DNA of 64,000 nt from Crassostrea angulata (taxonomy: Eukaryota): NCBI RefSeq assembly GCF_025612915.1, contig NC_069115.1:25599757-25663756 (forward strand). The letters run 5' to 3'. Under the pieces are notes generated by a model. The model did not search any database. It was not told the DNA's origin and saw only the letters and a list, made by a program, of their open reading frames with translations. Shown one piece after another: positions 39,845-53,821 of this stretch; position 1 is the first letter of the stretch; the number at the start of each line of letters is the position of its first letter. Both the position numbers and the translations under genes were made by a program.

Positions 39845-42805
39845 TGATGTAAAGAGACTTATGGAACGCCATGGCTGCCTTATAGCATTAGACTATAGGT
39901 ACATTATGTCAAATTACCATTACATTATGTCAAAGTCCATTACGTGGTGTGAATATATCTTTACGCTAGGTCAAATCGTTATTACGTGATGTCAAAAGCA
40001 CGTTAGGTGAAGTAAACATGTCTTTACATTATGTCAACTTTTCATGTTGTGATGTAAAATCATCCTTACGTTATGCCAACATTGTACAACCAAAGGTCAA
40101 TACATCATGACATTATTTCGACACTGTATTACATGGGGCGAATGTATCCTTACATTATGTCAACATTTTATTACATGCTTTCAATATATCCTTACATTAT
40201 ATCAACACCGCAGTACGTATTGCGATTCTATCCTTACATTATGTCAACATTTTATTACATGACATCAATGCATTTTTACATTTTATCAACACTTTATTAC
40301 ATGGTGTAAATATATCGTTTTATTATGTCAAACCTTTATAACTTGATATCATAAGTTTATGACGTTATGTCTAAACTTAATAACGTGATGTAAATAAGTC
40401 TTTGCTGTAGGTCAGTTCTCTATTTCATGATGTACATGCTCCATTACTTTAAGGTGAAACATCATTTCGTTACACGGGGAAACATCTGCCTTTCTATATA
40501 CAAGGATACGGTAAGCTTACCCAAATGTATCCAGGGGTTATTGAAACTTTGTGGAACAGAACGGAACCAGTAAAGGGTCATCCAATGGGAAAATAGAAAT
40601 TTAAAAATAATGATTTATTTTGTTTTTATTCATTTCATTTCAAAATAAGATTGATCTTTAATTTTATTGTTTAAATTCGTTGTTTAAAGAAAAATATACA
40701 TAATTATATTACTTACTACTCTAATATTAACATATTACAGTATTTTCACGGCAGAACTTACTAACTAGTTTAAGCTAGCAAAAAATATTCTCTATTAGTT
40801 AGAGATTTAAAACAAACGAAACGCATTCCAAAGCATACCATTTTTAAAATTACAATGTCAGCAGTACTTGACTTATTTGTAAGATTCTGGTTCCGTTACG
40901 TTCCGCAATATATTATTACCCCTGTGGATATTGGTATTCAACGGAACAGAACGGAATGAGCGTAAATTTCCTTCTCAACCTATTTTCACGCCTATTCTAT
41001 ACTTACAACGAAAATATATGTAACATGATTATACATTTAACTGTTTACAAAAACCAACACTCATGCTGTCGAATTATTTCATTTAATTAAAATTTAGTAA
41101 GTTACATGTATGGGGCAAACCCTGAAGACGGTACCGATTCTACCAAAAGTGTTTGCCTTTCTTTATAATAATTCTGAAATCGGCGAATACAGTTCCCCTC
41201 TCTTATTTGTGTGCGTTTTTATTATGACATATTTCTGATTTATACCCTCTGTCTGAACAATTACCTAAAACAAACATTTCATAAAAACATCTATATCAAG
41301 ATGGAGAAGGTCTTTAAAGGGGTTAAAGATCTCTTGTAATTTATTTGTAGACTTTATTTCATATAAGTTATCAAGTGCCCTCTTGGATGAAAAGGAGAAA
41401 ATTTATTCAGAGGAACGTAGCGTACCCCCTCCACAAACACCATTCCCACCCCCTCTGCAGCAATAAGAAAAAAATCATTTTCATAGCATAATAATTTTGT
41501 AGCAGAACGGCCATACCTACATGTGTAGTTAGGGTCAGTATCCTTAATTTAAGATAGCAATAGCAACGTTTACTTTTAACTACTAAATACTTTATTTTAA
41601 CTACAAAATACTTTGAGACTAAATTTTAGAAAATTAAATATGAACTGGGTGTCTGTGCCACGACATACAGGCTTTGGAACGATAAAGAACCCTGACTGCT
41701 AAATGACTGAGTGTGTAGTAACGAACGTAATTTGAATATTATTGAAGTAAAAAAAGTATAAATCAAAAATAAAATTTTAAACCCCCCCCCCCCAAAAAAA
41801 AAACCCAATGAAGGGGTTATTTTTAGATTTTATATCCATTTCATTTTAAATATTCAAGGGCCGATGAGCACGAGAAAACTTGGATTTTAAGTAAATGTTC
41901 ATTCACTCTCGAGAAATTAAATTGTCAGCAACTAAGTCTTTTACAGCTTTCAGAAGACCTATATATAGGCCTATATATATTTTCATTCTTGTATGATTAA
42001 ATCACTGCTTCTTACTAGTATCTACTGTTGGGGTTTTTCTGGGTCCATTTTGTTGGGGTTTTTCTGGGTCCATTTGGGTAAATCGGCGTACCGTTTCTAT
42101 ATAGTAAATTTTGTATTTAAAACATGACAAATATACAAAGACCAAGGATTTCGTGTTTGTATAACGGAATGATGTTTCAACTTAAAGTAATAGAGCGTAT
42201 ACATCACGGAATAGAGAATTTGCCTAATGTAAAGACTTATTTACATCAGGTAATAAAGTTTAGACAAAAAGTCAAGACATTTTCGTATCAAGTAATGTAC
42301 TTTTGACATAAAGTGATAAAGTGTTGACATAATGAAAGGATGAGTTAACACCATGTATTAAGGTGTTGATAAAATGTAAAAACGCATTGATATCATGTAA
42401 TAAAATGTTGACATAATGTAAGGATAGAATCGCGATACGTACTGCGGTGTTGATATAATGTAAGGATATATTGAAAGCATGTAATAAAATGTTGACATAA
42501 TGTAAGGATACATTCGCCCCATGTAATACAGTGTCGAAATAATGTCATGATGTATTGACCTTTGGTTGTACAATGTTGGCATAACGTAAGGATGATTTTA
42601 CATCACAACATGAAAAGTTGACATAATGTAAAGACATGTTTACTTCACCTAACGTGCTTTTGACATCACGTAATAACGATTTGACCAAATGTAAAGATAT
42701 ATTCACACCACGTAATGGACTTTGACATAATGTAATGGTAATTTGACATAATGTACCTATAGTCTAATGCTATAAGGCAGCCATGGCGTTCCATAGAGAC
42801 TCATT
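39845..42805. mobile_element. Foldback-like element with ~700-bp inverted arms built from ~33-bp subrepeats around a ~1.6-kb spacer
   Basis: 39845-40510 is the reverse complement of 42100-42805 (outer ends AGAGACTTATGGAACGCCATGGCTGCC / GGCAGCCATGGCGTTCCATAGAGACTC). The arms are tandem TCCTTACATTATGTCAACATTTTATTACATG-type units. The ORFs 40073-40309 and 42358-42582 are mirror artefacts. Confidence 0.6.
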
Positions 42806-44065
42806 TATTTGTCATTTACATAACAAAATTACAAAACTTTTCATCTATAAAATGTAAGAATACATCAAATCAATTCAGTTTAACAAATTTGAAAAGTTTT
42901 TAAAAAATTTACAAAGCTGTTTTATTTTACTATCAATAGATATTAGAACCATTTTAACAAAAGCTTGGACTTTGGGTAGTTGGTGTCAAACTGCAATGTG
43001 ACATAGGCCTGTCTATTTCATTGTAGGCCACTCAGCCATTGCTCTTTGAAATCAACAAGATTTGTCTGGCTTTTGAGCTAAGACTACTCAATCAGTGCAT
43101 ATTTCACCTGAAGCCAGCATCATTTTTAACTTGTTTTGACGAAAGAAACAGATAGTTATGTCCTACTGAAAGTCCAAGGCCTTGTTAAGGCGAGAGAAAT
43201 TTAATTTTTAGTTTTACGGATCCGCCAACCCAATTTATTCGATTTTGTAAAAAAAAAAAAATGAAAAAAAAATTGTATCTTCGGATATTTTTCCGGAATT
43301 TTCAAGTTTTACAGATATTGGTTTTAAAATTACTTTATTTTATTTGAAATCTGCAAAACGGTTGACAAAGAGAGCTTTTCAAATCAATTGTAAGCGTCTC
43401 TATAACATGGAGTATTTAAGATTGAGGTCAGCCATGCATGGTTTGGCTTAAAAGTTTTTATGAAAAGCAAAGAAAATGTTATCCTGAACAAGTTTAGTAA
43501 GGTTAATACCAATACCAAGTACACAGTGGATAGTGGACAAATTAAACTTAATCATATAAGTTCAAGCAAATAATATGTAATTTTGATTAATAAAAGTTTG
43601 CCCACTGGTTTTTTTTTCCCCCTCCTCCGACCCAAATTTTTTACAACAAAATCCGTAAAACTAAAAATTAAATTTCTCTCGCCTAAAATGGTTCTAGCAT
43701 TGTGCGGGTGTCCAATAATGGAAGTCTCCTTGATTTTTTAAACTTCCAATAAAATTCTGCTAGAGAATAAACAACTTAATATACGTAAAAGTGATAAAAT
43801 TAAATTAAAAAAATTTAGTTTTAAAATTATTTGTTATAAAATTATTCAACACAGACACTGGAATAAGAACTTTGTTGGTACATGATCAAATCTTTTGAGA
43901 AGCCCTTTAAGATTCTAGGATTTGATCATGTGACCAACCAAGTTCATATCTCAGTGAACTTTATAACTTGCTGCTTATTTCTTAGATAAATCCCATCAGC
44001 ATTCCAATAATTTTAATTTTTTATTCATGCCAGTATATAAAATCAAATCCTTGAAATTAACTAAC

Positions 44066-44313
44066 CTGATGGCCTGTTCTCTCTGTGCCTTCCTCACTTC
44101 TGGTTTCTGGTTTCGCTTTGCCTGAATTTCAGCAAGAGAAAGCCCAGTGACAGCACGTGTAAACTTGGTAGTCCTGCGAGTTCTCTTTTTAGCAATCTCT
44201 TCAAGATTGCCTTTCTTGTGCTTTCTTCTGTATAGCACTGTCCAATTAATCTCGCGTGGATTCCTCTTCATTTTGTGTGAAGCCTCGCATTTTCCATTGA
44301 GGAACTGGAAAAC
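44066..44313 (-). CDS. RPL24: RPL24 internal coding exon ([83 protein letters not shown])
   Basis: Near-identical to conserved eL24 ([36 protein letters not shown]...[17 protein letters not shown]). Acceptor TTGTAG|GTT and donor AG|GTTAGT. Confidence 0.85.
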
Positions 44314-47300
44314 CTACAACATGATGGTTACTATTATATATGAGAATTAGCACTCACAGAATTTTTAGTTGTTGAGCAAATAGAAAATTGAATAGATTCC
44401 TACTTTGACTCATCTTTTATTCAACATAAATATAAACTATCATTTTGAAACCCTCCCTTTCCTTGTATGTGTGTATGTATTTTTTTATTTATTTTTTTTC
44501 ATTATTTTCTTTATTACCTTTATATGCCCAAGAGGGCCCAGTATTAGAAATAAAGTATCTATCTATCTATCATCATAAAATAGAGAAAAATGGGCAACAA
44601 TACTCAATTGGTGGACAGTTCTAATACATCTCATTTTTTTAACATAAAACTTTTTAAAATAATCTTAAACTTGCAAAATATCTAATATTTTCAATGATTT
44701 ATCTCAGCAACAAAGCATTTTCTTTAATATGTTCTAAAACTGACAGGGCTCTACATAACTTATTTTCTCATTCATTCAGACAAATGGCCTCAAAAAGCTG
44801 CTATGTAGCTTAAATATATCAAAATCCATCAAAGTACTGTCTACCGTGATCTTAGTATGACATGTTTTTGTCTAATTTAATTTTTACTAATACTTCCGGT
44901 TTTTCTTATATCAGTTGCATATATAGTAATGCATAGGCCTTATATAGTAATAAGAAAGACCTTTTAACATCCAGATTTTACTCTGAAACACCAAAGAAAA
45001 CAATATATATCCGGAGGTGTCACTTAACTCTTAGGCTGCTGCTTTAACTTTCGCAAAGATGGCTGCCACTGCTGAATTAATTATTCACAATTAATGGTAA
45101 TTGACCATAGAGTTTAAAATAATATATCACAGCAACTATATATTTATTGCTACAGTTACCAAACTTTATATATATTTAAAATGCGAGAGAAAATATTGAA
45201 GATTTCAATGCAATGCTCATATTCCTCATTTATCTTGTATATATCAATCTAGGTATGTTCAAATGTAAAAATCAATTAAAATTAATGCCTTTCATTGTTC
45301 CATTCTTCAATTGTCATATTTGAGAACCCAAATGACTGTAAAAGTTCTTTAGTATATCAATAAGTCATACATTGTGAGATTCAATTTTATTCGTTTAATT
45401 TTGAAAATTGGGTAAACAATTACTGAAAAATAAAGAAATACATGAAACACTTTATCAATGCTTTTTTTTTTATGTTGTTCTGGTTTACATTCTCAGACTG
45501 CACAATCTCTCGGTAGAGATGTTGATCAATTAAACAACAATTTCCATAAACATAATATCATTAAAAATTTAATTTAGACACGATAAAGGTTCATAATCCT
45601 CCATTTAAGTGTTTAATTTTTCCTCTCTGGTGAATGGGATGGGATATTCAATGGCGGTGGATCAACACGCGACTAGCCTACCTCCAGATCGGCATCAAAT
45701 TCTCGGTCATTTCTTGGCACAAAGTTCATTAAAGACACATAAATCAATAAATTAACATCTCCTAAGTTATGTACTGCAGGATTAAATCCATCAACAGTAT
45801 TTTCGTCTTTGCTAACCCCGTGAAAAAAGTTCCAAAACTTGTGTCTCGTGGCTTCACTCTACTTTTGCCACTTTGGCTACAAATTCAAAACATTCTTTGG
45901 AAGTTTACTGCTCTATAGCCTTTATTTTAAACTCTGGAAAACTCTAGAAACCTTCCGAACACATCAATTGACCAATCATAGCCATCGTGTTTTTGCTCAA
46001 AGCGAGGCTTGTGGAAACCTTAGATAACTCGCTCTCGGAAAAACGACCATAGTCGCGCATAGCAGTGGCAGACCTGAAATTTCGGTGCGACAATTGTCAG
46101 GTGAGGCAGCTAAGGGTTAACAGGTGCACAGGTAATCCTCTAGTGTTGTTACGATAGTCGCCGAATATCGAAAAATCATCGCTGAAGGCAGCAGGTCGGT
46201 GACAATCGATAGTAAGTCGTTATCATTGATAGTCATGTGACAGATATCCTTTTATTATCCAATATCCATTAAAAGACTAAAGTATTATTATACAGTGACC
46301 AACCTAGAGGACGACTTGCTTTGTGATCGGCAACTTTGCCGGAGTTTCCTCCGAAAGAGAAGTTGAAGTCGCCCTGTATGCAGAGTTTACGATTGTGCTA
46401 ATTAATTAAACTCAAAGGCAATAAAATGATTATCATCAAATTCATAAGACGTTCTCACATGCTCAGTTAAACCCTTTTGTGATTAGGAACTTGCGACTGT
46501 CTTATCTTCATGGGTTATAAAAACAGGTGATACTGTGCATTGAAAATTACAACTGATGTTTATTACTTTTCATGCTGACATTACTATTAGTTTGAAACTT
46601 GTAATTAGTTAATAATACTGCCAAATTATTGCTAAAATAATTATAAAACCATTTGTTTACAGTTGTCTACAAAATTAAACAGAATCGCTACACAACGGTT
46701 GTAATTGGGTCAAAGGGTTGCACTAATGCCTCCAAAATACACAGAAGTACAAGGACTGATTTTTATTTGTCATTTAACTCACAGAATTACAAAACATTTA
46801 ATGTATAAAATGTGTGAATGTATCAGATCAATTAAATTTAATTTTTTGTCAAATTAACTTAATCAAAAGTTATTCATAGAGTAAATGGTATCAGCTATTA
46901 TGGGATATCCTGTACAAATGCCCTTTTAAAACAAAAGTATGATTGAGTAGCTATACTCTATCCCGAGCTTTTGCTTCCACCACTCTTCGCTTGATATTTC
47001 GAAAATAATAAATACCTTTGTGTTTAAACTACGTTCATCCACTAATAGAAAAATGGGGTGCGTCGATTTACCCAAATGGAACGTAAAATGACCCAAATAA
47101 ACCCAAATGGAAACTCAATTGGAAACAAATGGAAATTAAATGGCATAATTGAAGATTTTATGTAATAATTTCAATTATATGATGAAGAATCAATAAATAT
47201 GAATATTCTAAAACAACAATTTTCTTGTGTTGTTAATGATTGTTTATTGATATATGAATTTATATATAACTGTTAATATAACTATTGATATTTAATCATT

Positions 47301-49689
47301 TCAAGATACCTTTTTAATCATAACAATATAACTCAAATATTTATTTTCGATATTGGAAAATAAAGTACCATAGTTTTCTTCTAAATATAGATGTATATAA
47401 GTTAGTATTGTTTGCTTATACATGTACAGTATGTGGTTCATTTTCCATGCATCAAATTTTGAAGTACTTTTTGATTTCTAAAATAAATCGATGTTTGGAC
47501 TGAATTTTTTTAAGGTCATATGAAATTCTAAGTAACTATTATAATCATTTGAAAATACATATTTTATTTTTAAAACATAAAAATCTTTTTTTGGTCGGAA
47601 ATTATAATTTATATGTTTAATTTTTCAATTTATTCTTTTGGCTTTCAATATTTATTAGGATGGCCTCAACATGGCAAGAGCTTGACAACGTTATACTACT
47701 TATAACGGCTAACAATCCAATAAATAGATTCGAAAAAAAATATCTAAATCATGTATTTAAATCATGAAACTAATTGATAAGGCTACATTATCAAATTCTT
47801 TTTTCCATTTGGTCAGAAATTTTTCAATTAAAAAAACTCAATATATTTAAAATAATAATTGAAATTATTATATATACAATCTTCAATTATGCCATTCAAT
47901 TTCCATTTGTTTCCATTTGGGTTCATTTGGGTCCATTTGGGTCATTTTACGTTCCATTTGGGTAAATCGATGCACCAGAAAAATGTCTAGATTTTCTGTT
48001 TTGAAATGCCCCTTCTATCGCTTCAGGTTTCAATACATATCCCGAAATAGAAAGTCTACGGGGATTTTCATTGCATCAGCCATTAGTACTTCCGAATAGA
48101 GAAAAGATGCAAACATTTCCCATTATATATCTCCGTAAGAAAATTGTTTTCATTCCTATACACTTTTATGAGTGAAAATGGATAATTTGTCAATGAAGAT
48201 ATCTTGAATATTTTCCATTTCATCGATTTCAACTGTACTTCTTTCACAGGTATGTGTATTTTCATTACAAATCATCAAAAAGTGATGGAAGCAATAACTT
48301 GGGACAGACTATAAATAAATTCAGGTAGGTAAACAAAGCTATGTATTAAGCTACGTAGCTAATCTAGTAATTGTACTGGACCTGCTGACACACATTTTAC
48401 TCCAATAATGGCGTGAGATTTTTCACATAATAAAAATAACCATAAATTTCACATTGTTCTGAAACTGGAAACAAAATCAGCTCTTACCCTTCCGTCAACT
48501 TTTACGATACGTTTTCCGTGTCCTGGATATATTTTATACCCACTGTAAGAGCACAGTTCGATCCTTCATGAAAAATATAAGTTAAAACATGTAAATCATA
48601 CAATGATTGCTTACATTAACAATTTAATTCTTCGCGATGTTCCCAAAAAATATCAGAATTTTACAGATTATTGTCGGTATACAATATTTTCACTCACTTC
48701 ATGTTTGAGACCGGAAGTTGAAAGACCGAAAGTAGGCTTTCGGGATACCTCGCTCGATTCTTACGTATGTAGCGAAATTACTCGAGGTTTCCCGAAAGTG
48801 AAAAATTGCACCATGTTACATAGACCATGTAGACTGGCCCTCTGTCTCTATCGTATATCAGACAGGCATTGACAGTCTACATGTTACACGAATGAGGGTG
48901 CGTCGATTTACCCAAATGGACCCAAATGGAACGTAAAATGACCCAAATGGACCCAAATGGAGCACAAATGGACCCAAATGGAATCACAAATGGAAATAGA
49001 ATGGCATAATTGAAGATTTTATTTAATAATTTCAATCATTATTTTTAATAAATGAGTTTTTTTTATTGAAAATTTAAAAAAAAAACATTGAACAACATTT
49101 TTCTTATAATTCTACATCAAATATTTACAGCACTTGGTACCACTTAACTAATATATAAACGGTGTGACCGTTGGACCGAGCGCAGATTTCACACTGTTTA
49201 TATGAAACGCACACAGTAGGGTTCGCCTGGTTGCCTACTCAAATCATTAGCCAAAGTTTACTAAACGTCGCGTGCTCTGTCTACATTATGACGTCATTTT
49301 TCAGACGTAAAACGTACAACGTTTTGTCTTCGGAAATAGCCGAAGAGAGTTACGTTTATTATTCCGAACTTTTTTTAACTTCTTTTTTCATTGTTTATCG
49401 ATTTAATTCATATAAATGCCGCGGTAATAAAATTGAATACTTTATTCAGTATCTAAAAGATCAGTTCCTTGATGTTAATGTTTTTATTTTCCATCTGATA
49501 ATTTGATAAGACATACATACACCTAGTCGTGTTTCTTGATTAAAGCACTATTGGAACTTATCTGGTGTCCTCTTTTATTTCTTTTAATTAAAATTACCTT
49601 CCATTGAAACACTGGAACATTTTAATTGAGTTTAGGGGCAATAAACATCAATAAGTACCAGTCAATCAATGATCGAACTAACTTTTTAA

Positions 49690-51280
49690 AAACAAAAAGG
49701 CTGCCAATATGGTAGCAAGACTTTTAGGCCCCAAGATGTTTAGGCCCTTCATTGATAAGACGCTTAGGCCCCAACATGTTTAGGCCCCAAGATGTTTAGG
49801 CACCACTCTACATTTTTCTAAGTTAATTATAATTTTCATTTTATTTTTTAAATGAATAATGGTTTAGGCACCAGCATACATTTGTATAAGTTAATTATGA
49901 TTTACATTTTATTTTTTAAATGAATAAGGGTTTAGGCACCAGCATACATTTGTAAAAGTTAATTATAATTTACATTTTATTATTTAAAACTTCATTTACT
50001 TTAAAAATTATAAAGAAGTATAATCTGCATCTTATGCATAATTTATTATTTTTTAAATATCATATTATTTTGTCACATCATATTATTTTCTATAATTAAT
50101 TTTCTAATTAGAGATCAAAAAAACGGTTAAGACTTTCATTTACTTTGTGTATGACATGAATTAAATTGTTAAAACAACACCCCCACCGTATCATGCTCCC
50201 TCTGTAGATAGGTGCTAATTAGGAGAAGATAATGAAGAGATCCTCTAGTAATAAAATGAGGGTTTCACACCTCACTTTGGAAGTAAAATGAAGAGACGGG
50301 TCTCCAAAAGAAGACAGGCCAAATACATGTTAAGCTTCATTGGCAGAAAAATTACATAATTTGGGGAGATATCCTTTAATTGTACAAATATGATCACAGA
50401 AATAATATTTCACTCATGAATACTTTTAATGTAGAAAAACTTGTCAATATTTATTAAGAAAATTTTCAAAGTCTGTTCTTCCAGAAACCAACTTTAACAA
50501 CCTATTGTATTGTGATTTTAACCTCTTTTTTTCATTATTACTCCTACTGTACATGTGATCCTTGACTGTGTTCGTGTACATTTGTATATACTGATTTTGA
50601 ACCTCAAATACCAGTGAACTGGTCTTGAGCAAATAAAGAATTGAATTGAACTTGTATTTGGGTAATAAGTAGGTGAATTCTTTTGGGATATATAAGGGTT
50701 CTTAAAAATATTACGTATAAATCAGTTGCCATAAATAAGCTTACTGAACAATTTTATGACATTCAAGTGTTGTATAATTCCAATAATAGAAAAAAATACA
50801 ATAATTTGTTTCCTTTTCTTGAAATATCAATAATGAAAAACTTCCCCTTATATAACATTTGTTCGTTTCTTTGTGATGAAAGTATGATTTGATCACGGTA
50901 TTAACTGATTTAAAGCACGGACACATAACCATGCTGGATGAAACTTTCATTGATAACGTGTGCATGCAAGTTTATAGCATAATGTTTTTCGTGATTAAAG
51001 TTTTTCAAGAACTTGTATATAAAGTAAACAACGCCATGTTTGCGTAACGATTGTTAGTTTACTACAAATTAAAGTAAATTGCATTTATTGGCTCCAAAGT
51101 GCTTAAAAGCCATGTTCTTTCAACTATCAGTTATTATTATAAACAACAGGTGCCTAAACATCTTGGGGCCTAAACATCTTGGGGCCTAAACATCTTACCT
51201 GGGGCCTAACCGTCTTGGGGCCTAAACATGTTGGGGCCTAAACGTCTGCAATTCGCCAATATGGCGGCGCCCAGGGCTGG
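49690..51280. mobile_element. TIR-bounded element; the ~110-bp TIRs contain (GGCCCCAAGATGTTTA)n subrepeats
   Basis: 49690-49810 (GCCAATATGGTAGC..TTTAGGCCCCAAGATGTTTAGGCCC...) is the reverse complement of 51140-51275 (...GGGCCTAAACATCTTGGGGCCTAAAC..GCCAATATGGCGGC). The interior carries a copy of family D. Confidence 0.5.
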
Positions 51281-51394
51281 AAGAAATTATTTTGGGCCTT
51301 AGTACCCCTGATTCAACTTTCATTTTTCACTGATTTTCTTATATATACGTGTTACCATTAATCCTCGCTTCGCGAGGCGGGCTTCGCCCGCCTC

Positions 51395-51880
51395 TCGCTG
51401 CGCTCGGTATTAATAAAATCATATATTAACATTGTAACTACATCGTTGTAGAAACAGAAATAAGATTGTATTTAGAAACTGTTCCTATCGTGTTAAACAC
51501 GACGCCCTACCAGGGCCCGGACTCAGTTACCTCAAACAATCTTATTCTAAAACAATTTCATTAATAAGTTTTTATAGGTACCACTTTACTATTAATAACT
51601 CATATATTAACATTGTAACTACATCGTTGTACAAACAGAAATATCAGACTGTATTTAGAAACTGTTCCTATCGTGTTAAACACGACGCTCTACCAGGGCC
51701 CGGACTCAGTTACCTCAAACAATCTTACTCAAGAACAATTATATTAATAAGTTCTTTTATGAAAAAAGTCATAAATTGGTGTTTTTATTATTATAATGAT
51801 TTTTCACAAGTCACTATTTGGTTTATCACATTCGGTGGTATTTGGTTTGTCACATTTGATGTCACATATGATGGTTGAAT
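51395..51880. repeat. R6 ~190-bp tandem repeat, about 2.5 units; a further copy at 53080-53340
   Basis: ...ATTAACATTGTAACTACATCGTTGTA.AAACAGAAATA..CTGTTCCTATCGTGTTAAACACGACGC.CTACCAGGGCCCGGACTCAGTTACCTCAAACAATCTTA... repeated. Confidence 0.6.
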
Positions 51881-53821
51881 CAGATATTTCCATATGATTA
51901 TATATCAACAGTTATATTAATAGTTATATATAAATTCATATATCAATAAAGAATCATTAACAACACAAGAAAATGTCGTTTTAGAATTTATATTTATTGA
52001 TTATTCATCATGTAATTGAAATTATTAAATAAAATCTACGATTATGCCATTCAATTTCCATTTGTTTCCATTTGTGATTCCATTTGGGTCCATTTGTTTC
52101 CATTTGGGTTTCCATTTGTTTCCATTTGGGCTCCATTTGGGTGCGTCGATTTACCCAAATGGACCCAAATGGAACGTAAAATGACCAAAATGGAAACAAA
52201 TGGAAACAAATGGAAATTGAATGGCATAATTGAAGATTTTATTTAAAAATTTCAATCATTATTTTTAATAAATGAGTTTTTTATTGAAAATTTTCAACAA
52301 CAAAAAACATTGAACAACAATTTTTGACCAAATCGAAAAAGAATTAGATAATGTAGCCTTATAAATTTGTTTCACGATTTAAATGCATGATTTAATTTTT
52401 TTTAATCTATTTATGGGATTGTTTGCCGTTATAAGTAGTATAACGCTGTCCAGCTCTTGCCACGTGGAGGCCATAATTTTGAAATAAAAAATATTTAAAG
52501 CCAAAAGAACAAATTGAAATAATTACAAATAAAAATATTTAAAGTCAAAAGAACGAATTGAAAAATTAAACGTAAACATTATAGGGCCTAATTTCCGAGC
52601 AGAATATTAAAAAAAAAAATTTTTTTGTTTAAAAATAAAATATGTATGTTAAAATAATTAATGGTTACTTAGAATTTCATAAGACCTTAAAAAAAAATTA
52701 GCCCAAAAATCGATTTGAAAATCAAAAACTTAATTCAAAAATTGATGCATGAAAAATGAACCACATACTTTACATGTATAAGCAAACAAAAAACATAATA
52801 TCAAAACATGCACTACAGGATTGGTTTGAGCTACTATTTGAATGATTAAATGCACTATTAAAAGAAACAACAGAACAGCACTGTACATGTATTTACAGCC
52901 CCTAAATTATTTAACATGCATAACAATAATTTGCCATCTAACTAACTTATATACATTTTTACATCTATATTTAGAAGACAACTATTATTTATGCATATTT
53001 CCCTAGATAGAATAACATTTTTCTTATAATTCTACATCAAATATTTACAGCACTTGGTACCATTAAACTATTAATAAATCATATATTAATATTGTAACTA
53101 CATCGTTGTACAAACAGAAATATCAGACTGTATTAAATTAAGAAACTGTTCCTATCGTGTTAAACACGACGCCCTACCAGGGCCCGGACTCAGTTACCTC
53201 AAACAATCTTACTCAAGAACAATTATATTAATAAGTTCTTTTATGAAAAAAGTCATAAATTGGTGTTTTTATTATTATAATGATTTTTCACAAGTCACTA
53301 TTTGGTTTGTCACATTTGATGTCACATTTTATGGTTGAGTAAATCATCAATGTGGACACGGCGTTGAACAGGCAATCCCCATCACCGCTTGCCCTGACGG
53401 CAGTGTCGTTGGCATCTGGGAAGTAAAACTGGTGCAACAATCTGTCCGATATTTGATCTAGAACCATGTTGGCAATTGTTGCTGGTTCATTGTGGATTTA
53501 TTTAACCAATATCGAAAATAAATATTTGAATTATATTGTTATAATTTAAAGATATTTCGATATGATTATATATCAACAGTTTTATTTATAGTTATATATA
53601 AATTCATATATCAATAAAAAATCATTAACAACACAAGAAAATGTCGTTTTAGAATTTATATTTATTGATTATTCATCAAATAATGATTGAAATTATTAAA
53701 TAAAATCTTCAATTATGCCATTCAATTTCCATTTGTTTCCATTTGTGATTCCATTTGGGTTCATTTGTTTCCATTTGGGCTCCATTTGGGTCAATTTGGG
53801 TCATTTTACGTTCCATTTGGG

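Noticed and set aside
45600-45700. Possible RPL24 N-terminal exon (minus-strand frame giving LNIPSHSPERK)
   Set aside because: It only loosely resembles IYPGHGRRY. It lacks the invariant [13 protein letters not shown] block and has an in-frame stop nearby.
48690-48900. Structured region with two short inverted repeats (CTTTCGGGA..TCCCGAAAG; CATGTAGACTG..CAGTCTACATG), considered as a possible snRNA or other ncRNA
   Set aside because: No match to the conserved U1, U2, U4, U5 or U6 motifs that I can recall, and no Pol III or Pol II snRNA promoter elements are evident. It is probably a repeat-internal structure.
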